From the IMG/VR virus record IMGVR_UViG_3300049926_000098, positions 1 through 38,771 of that record: 38,771 nucleotides of DNA, one strand, 5' to 3'. This DNA is from a virus. Lineage: Duplodnaviria > Caudoviricetes. A model generated the notes under the pieces. That model ran no database searches. It was given only the letters and a program-made list of their open reading frames with translations, and was not told where the DNA came from. This document shows, in pieces, positions 32,599 through 38,771 of this stretch; the stretch's first letter is position 1, and every line of letters starts with the position of its first letter. The position numbers and the translations under genes were made by a program.

Positions 32599-32616
32599 AG
32601 TGTAGCATAAGCTACG
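32599..32616 (-). promoter_or_regulatory. Palindromic motif / extended -10 upstream of tRNA-Pro
   Basis: Minus strand CGTAGC-ttat-GCTACACTGAG; TACACT lies 8 nt before the tRNA 5' end. Confidence 0.55.
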
Positions 32617-35347
32617 CCGACTTGCTCCACACCACCGTGCGCCGCTGCACCGGGCGCACCTTCGCGTTCGTGAACTTCCGCTCGATCAGGTCGGGCGCGA
32701 AGCTGATCGCAAGCGAGTCGGCGCGGTCGGGTGACTTCACCCCCGCCTTCTTCAGGTCCTTCTTCGCCTGCAGCTGGATGCGGAACTTGGCGTCGTAGAA
32801 GTAGTCGAGCGCGGTCAGCTCCTCGGCCAGGTCGTCGTTGTCCGGGATCTGCCCTGTCTCGAGCCACTCGCGCATGCGGCCCCAGCACTCGGCGCGCTGG
32901 TTCGAGTACGCCTTGTCGTCCTTGGCGGGCTGTCCCCACTGCAGCGGGATCAGCGTGGGCAGCCCGTTCATGCGCCGCAGCGTGCTGTCCAGATCGGCGC
33001 CGTTGCCGATTGCGTCGTACACGATGCAACTGATCGTCTTCTCCTGGCGCACCAGCTCGAAGATGCGCCCGCCCAGGTCCACGCCATCAAAGCCGGACAG
33101 CGCGATCTGATAGTGCACCTTGATGCCCTGGCGCAGCGTGATCACGCTGAAGTCGTCGCCGAAGCGCGCGGGGTCCACCGACAGGATCTTCGGGTACGCC
33201 TGGTACGCGGTGAGCCCGACGACGCGCCGACGCGCGTTGAACACCAGCTCGGCCGAGATGAAGTTCGAGAAGCCCGCGCGCGGGAACTCCCCCTTCACGC
33301 GCACCCGCACGAAGTCACTGTCCTCGCCGTACTCGTTGATCCAGGTCTGGATCTGCTTCTTGTTGGAGAAGCTCACCGTGCGGCTGTCCACCCGCGAGTA
33401 CGTGTTGCTGCGACGGTCGCTGATCTCGATCAGGCCGCTCTCGGCCGACCAGCGCTTGCCCGGCTGCGAGCAGCGCTTGAAGAACGCACCCGACGTCTTC
33501 GTCGGGTTGCCGTAGCGCAGCCAGATGATCTCGGTGTTCGCGTCGGTGAGCGCCCCCTCGGTGACCTCCCAGATGAGGTCGTCGATCGCCGATGCCTCGT
33601 CGAAGACCACCAGCAGGCGCTTGCCCTGGTTGTGCAGGCCGGCGAACGCCTCGGACTTCTCCTTCGACCAGGGGATCGCGTCCAGGCGCCAGCTCTTCTC
33701 GCGCACCGGATCCTCGGCGATGTGCAGTGCCGTCGCCGTGAACGTGAATAGCGAGCGCGCGATGAACAGGCCGTACCACTTGCCGAGCTCGGCCCACGTC
33801 TTCGTGCGCAGCTGGCTCTCCGTGTTCGCTGTCACCACGCCGCGCGTGTCGGCGCACGTGCTGACCGCCCACAGCATCATCCACGACACCATGGCGCTGT
33901 TATGCGTCACGATGAAGTCGCGAGCCTGGTACAGGCCGTCTGGCGCCTCGACGTTGATACACATGGCGTGCTGCGCGTTCGGCAGCGGCTCCACGCTGTC
34001 GATCCACCGTGTCAGGTACCGAGCCTGCGACGGCTTGTACGCCGCGCGCCGGTGCTCGACCGTGAACGGGTTGAACGGTGCATTGATCGTGATGCGATAG
34101 CAATCCCTGCACTCCACGCGCGCCCCGTCGTTGTCTGGGTACCAAGCCTCCTTGACCGTCGGGCTGAGCATCGCCTTGCACCCCAGGCTGCGCGCCAACC
34201 AGACGACGTCCTCGGCCAGGCGCTGGCTGGTTGTCGAATACCCGATGCTGCCAGATGCGTGCACTTCCCCGTCGGTGTCGCACAGGCCTTCGAACAGCGC
34301 CATGCGGTTGGCGACCGTGTTGAACTTGTAGTCGTCGGGGATGTACCGCTCGTGGCTACCGCACTGGAACACCGGGTCGTTGAGCAGATGCGTGACATTC
34401 TGCAGCCGCTGGGTCATCCCGTTGGTGGCCGTATGGACCTCGTAGCCGCATGCCTCGACCCGTGCCTTCAACTCCGGGTGCGGCTTCGTGTACATCGGCT
34501 CTCCACGGCTGCCGTCCCCGAGCCAGACGCCGACGACGTACGGGTGCAGGTCGATCTCCCGCTCCTCGAACTGCGCCGCACCCTGGACCGGGATCTCCCA
34601 CTGGCGCGCCAGCGCCGCACCGTTCGGCCGCTTCACTCCCAGCTCGAGGAGCTGGAGCGTCTCGACGGTGCGCCAGTCGTCCATCTTCTTGCGGCGCTCC
34701 TGGCGCCCACGCACGCTCCACAGGTGGCCGCTCGACACGTCACAGTAACTGCGGTCGTCGAACGTCACCCTGTACATCGGCACGTCGGTGTAGCGCTGCG
34801 TCTGCATGACACGCGTCGGCGCGCCGTCGGCTGCGAACACGCAGTCCCCCGGCGCCAAGTCCCCCCAGCGGCGGCGGCCTGCCGGTGTGTCGACGAGCAT
34901 GTCCACGCAGTGCGCCTTGCCGATGCCGTGGCCCGACGACACGTCCTCCTGGATCACGTCGCCCGTCTCGGCGGCGCCCGCGCGCAGCCGGTCGCCGATG
35001 CGCGTGAGCTGCGCGGTCTGCCAGTCCTCAGGCCCGGCCATATCCTCGAGCGACGTGTTCGGCTCGCCCCACGGGAACGCCCACATCACGAAGCCCAGCG
35101 GGTCGTGGCGGTAGCGCGCCAGGCCGTCCATCAGCTCGTCGAGCGGCGTGTTCTTCACTCGCGTTGCCATCAGCTCAGCCTCTCTCACAGGGACCTGGTC
35201 GAGGACGGTGCCGTCCTTCCAGATGTTGGCGCACGTGTACTTGCGCGGCACCACACTCTGCCGCAGCCCGTTGAACCGTGGGTCGTGCACGGCACCCGCC
35301 TCGGCCGCAGCGGCCTCGGCCTGCTCCTTCGTGTGCTTGCGGCGCAT
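32612..35347 (-). CDS. terL: Terminase large subunit, intein-containing
   Basis: DPLGFV, Walker A SGHGIGK|S, TANTESQL, FAGLH, VVFDEASAI (Walker B), YGNPT, VRVKGEFP, VDPARFGDD, SPDRADSLA. Confidence 0.95.
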   Translation of the reverse strand: MRRKHTKEQAEAAAAEAGAVHDPRFNGLRQSVVPRKYTCANIWKDGTVLDQVPVREAELMATRVKNTPLDELMDGLARYRHDPLGFVMWAFPWGEPNTSLEDMAGPEDWQTAQLTRIGDRLRAGAAETGDVIQEDVSSGHGIGKAHCVDMLVDTPAGRRRWGDLAPGDCVFAADGAPTRVMQTQRYTDVPMYRVTFDDRSYCDVSSGHLWSVRGRQERRKKMDDWRTVETLQLLELGVKRPNGAALARQWEIPVQGAAQFEEREIDLHPYVVGVWLGDGSRGEPMYTKPHPELKARVEACGYEVHTATNGMTQRLQNVTHLLNDPVFQCGSHERYIPDDYKFNTVANRMALFEGLCDTDGEVHASGSIGYSTTSQRLAEDVVWLARSLGCKAMLSPTVKEAWYPDNDGARVECRDCYRITINAPFNPFTVEHRRAAYKPSQARYLTRWIDSVEPLPNAQHAMCINVEAPDGLYQARDFIVTHNSAMVSWMMLWAVSTCADTRGVVTANTESQLRTKTWAELGKWYGLFIARSLFTFTATALHIAEDPVREKSWRLDAIPWSKEKSEAFAGLHNQGKRLLVVFDEASAIDDLIWEVTEGALTDANTEIIWLRYGNPTKTSGAFFKRCSQPGKRWSAESGLIEISDRRSNTYSRVDSRTVSFSNKKQIQTWINEYGEDSDFVRVRVKGEFPRAGFSNFISAELVFNARRRVVGLTAYQAYPKILSVDPARFGDDFSVITLRQGIKVHYQIALSGFDGVDLGGRIFELVRQEKTISCIVYDAIGNGADLDSTLRRMNGLPTLIPLQWGQPAKDDKAYSNQRAECWGRMREWLETGQIPDNDDLAEELTALDYFYDAKFRIQLQAKKDLKKAGVKSPDRADSLAISFAPDLIERKFTNAKVRPVQRRTVVWSKSA
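33899..34915 (-). mobile_element. Class 3 intein with LAGLIDADG homing endonuclease (339 aa)
   Basis: Begins AHCVD after GIGK, ends VTHN followed by Ser; GHLW, AMCINV, VTHN; GVWLGDG and EGLCDTDG motifs. Confidence 0.9.
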
Positions 35348-36048
35348 CAGAACAGCTCATCGTCGGCCGTCTCTTGGGGCGGTTCTTCGACCATTTGCGC
35401 GTCGATGTCGAAGATGTCGTCGAACGACTCCCCGTCCCCGGGTGCGCTGTCGCCACCGTCGCCCGCCAGGTGCACCGGCCGGTGCGGCACGTCCTGAACC
35501 TCCTCGACCAGCGGCGCGCGGCGCTTGGCGGCGTTGAGCCGATCGGCCAGCGCGTTCGCCAGCGCGTTCACGCCGTCGCCCTCGTCGTTCACCAGCTTGA
35601 AGTGCTTGGCCAGCAGGCCCAGCGCGTCCATTTTCGAGGCGAACTTGATCTTGATCACGTCGACGTAGTCCGGCTCTTTCAACGACCCCACGTTCTTCGT
35701 CTGCACCGTGATGCTCGTGATCGCCGCGGCCGTGTCGTCGTCGATCTCGTGGATCGGCAGGAGCTGCCCCTGCTTGTTGAAGATGCGCCGCACGTCGGCG
35801 TAGGCCACGCGCGCGATCTCCCGCTTCGTGCGCTCCGCGGTGACCCCGGCGGCCTGCAGGCGATGCGCGACCAGCGTGCGCACGCGCTCGACCATGCCGG
35901 GCGCCTTCGCCAGGCGCAGGTAGTTGTTCGGGGCGTGCGACAGGCCCATCTGCGTCAGGGCCTCTCGCGAGGTCATGCCGTTCGCGATGCACTGCGCGAA
36001 TTCCTCCTGGCGCGCGGCGTCGATGAGTTGCTGCTGGGGGGTCACCAT
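35347..36048 (-). CDS. terS: Terminase small subunit
   Basis: QEEFAQ.., VTAERTKREIARVAYADVRRIF, IKIKFASKMDALGLLAKH; TGATG coupling to terL. Confidence 0.85.
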   Translation of the reverse strand: MVTPQQQLIDAARQEEFAQCIANGMTSREALTQMGLSHAPNNYLRLAKAPGMVERVRTLVAHRLQAAGVTAERTKREIARVAYADVRRIFNKQGQLLPIHEIDDDTAAAITSITVQTKNVGSLKEPDYVDVIKIKFASKMDALGLLAKHFKLVNDEGDGVNALANALADRLNAAKRRAPLVEEVQDVPHRPVHLAGDGGDSAPGDGESFDDIFDIDAQMVEEPPQETADDELF

Positions 36049-36278
36049 CAGAGCACTCCCCAGTTACCCACGCCCTTCGGCCACAGATCGGCGCTCGCGT
36101 GGAAGCAGAGCCAGTAGGCCGAGATGCTGGGCACGTACCGCGGATTGCGCTGCACCCGCACACGCGGCCACCACGAGCCGTAGCTGAAGCCCAACCACGT
36201 GGGGTTCACGCCGTTCGAGCCGCGGGTCTGGACACCGCAGCTCAAGGCCAGCCGGCCGAGCCAGAGAGACTTGAGCAT
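36048..36278 (-). CDS. Hypothetical protein
   Basis: Stop overlaps the terS ATG (TGATG); Trp-rich, 76 aa. Confidence 0.45.
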   Translation of the reverse strand: MLKSLWLGRLALSCGVQTRGSNGVNPTWLGFSYGSWWPRVRVQRNPRYVPSISAYWLCFHASADLWPKGVGNWGVL

Positions 36279-36324
36279 GGCGATTTTCGATTTCCAAAAA
36301 TCAAAATTTTTTCAGGAGGTCCCC

Positions 36325-36395
36325 GAATTTCTGGATCGGGATCCACAACCTGCAATCCACTGCGGATTGGGGTTGCAGATCTCGATTTGGAATTC
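36325..36395 (+). repeat. 71-nt imperfect inverted repeat
   Basis: GAATTTCTGGATCGGGATC...GATCTCGATTTGGAATTC outer stem, CAACCT/GGGTTG and CAATCC/GGATTG inner stems. Confidence 0.75.
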
Positions 36396-36441
36396 AGCGT
36401 TGCCGAGGGTGTGCATATTCAAGGGGGTGTGCCCCCTATGC

Positions 36442-36651
36442 TCAATCGCGGGCTGTCCCGGGGGTGGGGTAGCCCTGGGACGGCGCGAGGGCCTTGCGCT
36501 GGGCGTCCGGCATGCCCTGCACCACCTCGGCCGTGCGGGCCGCGCCCTGCGCCTCGCTCACACTGCGGCACGGCGAGATGCCGGTGGCTTGGTTGCGGAA
36601 GCGGGTCGGGGGCACTGCGTACTGCTGGTGCGTGTCGGGGGTGGCTTTCAT
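36442..36651 (-). CDS. Hypothetical protein
   Basis: GGAG RBS before ATG 36651 (MKATPDTHQQY...). Confidence 0.45.
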   Translation of the reverse strand: MKATPDTHQQYAVPPTRFRNQATGISPCRSVSEAQGAARTAEVVQGMPDAQRKALAPSQGYPTPGTARD

Positions 36652-36713
36652 GGGTCGTCTCCAGTGGTTGCGGAGTGAGATGGGTTTAGCACCCAACGCA
36701 CTACATAGGTAGC

Positions 36714-37046
36714 TCAGTGCGTCAGGGCGGAATTGGGGGTGGAAGTCTCGAGCGCGCGCAGCACTTCCATGCGCCTGGCGTTGAACTCGATCACAAAATG
36801 CTGCACTGCAGCAGTGACGCTCGGCCAGTTCGTGCGGTTCGCGTCGTCGGTTTTGCCCTCTTGCAGCAGCTGATCGAGCAGGCCGGCCGTGAATTCCTTC
36901 GCGGCGCGCAGCGGATCGGGCGCTGGAACTGCCGATTGCCAGATGACCTCCTTTTTCAGTCCGGAGGGGAACTCGATCAAGAACCCAGCAATTGTGGGGT
37001 CCTGCATGGTAGTGAGTGCTCGCAATTGCGCCATAATGTGCCTCAT
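36714..37046 (-). CDS. Hypothetical protein (start uncertain)
   Basis: ORF with globular-looking composition (IAGFLIEFPSGLKKEVIWQ). Confidence 0.5.
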   Translation of the reverse strand: MRHIMAQLRALTTMQDPTIAGFLIEFPSGLKKEVIWQSAVPAPDPLRAAKEFTAGLLDQLLQEGKTDDANRTNWPSVTAAVQHFVIEFNARRMEVLRALETSTPNSALTH

Positions 37047-37054
37047 TTTTGTGC

Positions 37055-37100
37055 AGCTGTGTACTTAGTATACAGGTGCCTGTAAACGAAGTATACAGCT
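37055..37100. repeat. 46-bp near-perfect palindrome in AT-rich divergent region
   Basis: AGCTGTGTACTTAGTATACAGG-TG-CCTGTAAACGAAGTATACAGCT; 19 of 22 arm positions complementary. Confidence 0.85.
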
Positions 37101-37226
37101 TCTGAATCGAGAAAGAAGCATAACGAAGGCGCTTTCATATGACTTGGGGCTATATAGCCGTGCGTAGCTAGAACACATGTAAAACTTGTAAATAGAACTT
37201 GAGGATTGAGGCTTGATCGCCGATGA

Positions 37227-37254
37227 TTGCAACATGTGCAGCAAGTGCTACACA
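37227..37254 (+). promoter_or_regulatory. Putative early promoter with overlapping palindrome
   Basis: TTGCAA-N16-TACACA with TGn; TGCAGC-aagt-GCTACA; same geometry as 1794-1821. Confidence 0.6.
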
Positions 37255-37278
37255 CCAACAGACGCAAGGAAGCTACCA

Positions 37279-37602
37279 ATGTCCACCTATGAAATCACCT
37301 ACCGCGTGCTGAACAGCCACCGCATGATCGACTTGATCGAAGCCACCGACGAGGGGGCCGCACTGCGTACGATCAAGTCGTACCCGATCATGGTCACTAT
37401 CGAAAGCATCCGCACTGTGACTGCTGACTGGGCTATCGAACGTGATCGCAAGATGTTCTTTTGCGTAACCCGCGTCATTGGTGCAGAGCGTGATTTCGTG
37501 CGCTCGGCGAGCGGTAAGGTATCGAGCTTCAAGACCTACGCCGCAGCACGGCGCGCACTCAAGTGGGCGAACGCACGCGCCGATGAATCGACTAACGCCT
37601 AA
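37279..37602 (+). CDS. Hypothetical early protein
   Basis: AAGGAAG RBS; MSTYEITYRV... Confidence 0.65.
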   Translation: MSTYEITYRVLNSHRMIDLIEATDEGAALRTIKSYPIMVTIESIRTVTADWAIERDRKMFFCVTRVIGAERDFVRSASGKVSSFKTYAAARRALKWANARADESTNA

Positions 37603-37620
37603 CCACCAGGAGCTCACACC

Positions 37621-37752
37621 ATGTCCGAACACCAAGCCAATCTCATCCTCGCGGAAACCCCGCCGACGCCCAGCTGGGCGCAGCCCTCGCGCTGCAAGCG
37701 GCCGCAGCGCCTGACGGTGCTTGCGCGCTTGCTGTTGTGGCTCACGCACTGA
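37621..37752 (+). CDS. 43-aa hypothetical protein (not in ORF track)
   Basis: CAGGAG RBS; MSEHQANLILAETPPTPSWAQPSRCKRPQRLTVLARLLLWLTH. Confidence 0.55.
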   Translation: MSEHQANLILAETPPTPSWAQPSRCKRPQRLTVLARLLLWLTH

Positions 37753-37790
37753 GCTACCCACACCTCACCACATCACAAGAAATCAACACC

Positions 37791-38096
37791 ATGGCTGACC
37801 GTATCACTGACAAGCACCTTGACGCGCTCTGCGAGCGTTTGAACAAGCTCACGGACTCACCTGCCGCGCCTTACGTCATCGACCGGGTCACCGGCCGCAA
37901 CCGCGCGTGCATCGGCAACCACCACATCAGCCACGCCTACGGCGGGGTCTGTCTGCACCGCATGAGCAATGAGAGCGGTGGTGTGACGTGCCCGCTCATC
38001 CACGGTCACGTGAAGAAGCGCGAGCTTTACGACGCGATGTACAACTACATCAGCGGTCTTGAAGCTGGCATCGAACAACAGAAGCGCAACGCCTGA
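37791..38096 (+). CDS. Hypothetical early phage protein
   Basis: MADRITDKHLDALCERLN...HHISHAYGGVCLHRM.N.SGG...KRELY; phage-type small protein. Confidence 0.7.
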   Translation: MADRITDKHLDALCERLNKLTDSPAAPYVIDRVTGRNRACIGNHHISHAYGGVCLHRMSNESGGVTCPLIHGHVKKRELYDAMYNYISGLEAGIEQQKRNA

Positions 38097-38166
38097 CGAC
38101 TGCCAGCCCATGCCCCGCACGCGGGGGCATGCACGGGCATTCCGACCCGATCACAAGGATCACACC

Positions 38167-38556
38167 ATGCAACTAGAAAGCTTTCTGCGCGGCTACATCG
38201 CTTGCGCGCTCTGGTCGTCGACTGACGATGACGGTGAACCCCTCGACGCGAACGGACGCAACGCATGGGACATCGCAGATCGTACGCTCGCTGAAATGCG
38301 CGCCGACTGCACCGCGTTCATCGCGTCGAATGTGGTCGATCTCAACGCATACGCATTCACGCTCGGTCAGCAGCCCGGCACCGTGCACGATGCAGCAGAG
38401 CGCGCAGGGCACGACTTCTGGCTGACCCGTAACGGTCACGGCGCGGGCTTTTGGGATCGCGGTCTGGGCGCACTTGGTGAACGCCTCACGAATGCCGCAA
38501 GCGGCTACCGCGCGATTGATCTTTTCATTGGCGACGATGGCAAGGTGTACGCATGA
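38167..38556 (+). CDS. Conserved hypothetical phage protein
   Basis: AAGGA RBS; YIACALWSS, AGHDFWLTRNGHGAGFWDRG. Confidence 0.75.
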   Translation: MQLESFLRGYIACALWSSTDDDGEPLDANGRNAWDIADRTLAEMRADCTAFIASNVVDLNAYAFTLGQQPGTVHDAAERAGHDFWLTRNGHGAGFWDRGLGALGERLTNAASGYRAIDLFIGDDGKVYA

Positions 38557-38771
38557 CCATGTACTACGAAGCGGGCCTGCCCGCATCGCTCATCCCGGTC
38601 ACGTTCATAGGCTGGGCACCAAGCGATTCGTACGACCTCACAGGCCTGTACCACGCTGTGGTGCGCCTCAAGCGCTCCCGCGGCGCCTACCGCGCAGGCC
38701 AGACCCTGCACGTGCCCGCGCGCTCGGTCGTGGTCAGGGCCGGAGTGCGAGACCTCCACATCCGCGTGCGC
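38553..38771 (+). CDS. Hypothetical protein (3' truncated)
   Basis: ATGA overlap with the upstream gene; open to the window end (MTMYYEAGLPASLIPVTFIGW...). Confidence 0.55.
   Translation, partial: MTMYYEAGLPASLIPVTFIGWAPSDSYDLTGLYHAVVRLKRSRGAYRAGQTLHVPARSVVVRAGVRDLHIRVR

Noticed and set aside
36670-36712. Possible fourth copy of the TGTAGC-N4-GCTACA motif (minus strand TGTAGT...TGCTAAAC)
   Set aside because: Spacing and half-sites do not match, too degenerate to count
1-38771. CRISPR array, diversity-generating retroelement, retron or IS element
   Set aside because: No repeat-spacer array, reverse transcriptase, TR/VR pair or transposase was seen by eye

Overview
This window is about 39 kb of a high-GC podovirus-like bacteriophage or prophage genome; the gene order resembles Bcep22/P22-style tailed phages, and the host is probably a proteobacterium (inference). 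No host genes are recognisable. The + strand arm (1-9.7 kb) carries the end of a SNF2-type helicase, a cupin-like protein, a Zn-ribbon/dATP-dGTP diphosphohydrolase-like protein, a tyrosine integrase and an HNH-AP2 endonuclease. These are followed by a tightly coupled cluster of five glycosyltransferase-like and three SAM-methyltransferase genes, then several small Zn-finger or basic proteins. The - strand arm (36.3 kb to 9.7 kb) is a complete morphogenesis and lysis region: terS, terL with a class 3 LAGLIDADG intein, tRNA-Pro(UGG), HNH, portal, scaffold, major capsid, adaptors, tailspike, SPRY protein, tail nozzle, ejection proteins including a 1732-aa LPD38-type protein, membrane proteins, GH108 endolysin and holin. 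The right end is an AT-rich divergent control region with long palindromes, followed by small early genes. The most notable elements are the soluble phage-encoded glycan synthesis and methylation operon, an in-frame TGA / ATC-start junction inside it, and a recurring palindromic promoter-operator motif TGTAGC-N4-GCTACA. All family calls are from motif recognition by eye; no database searches were run.
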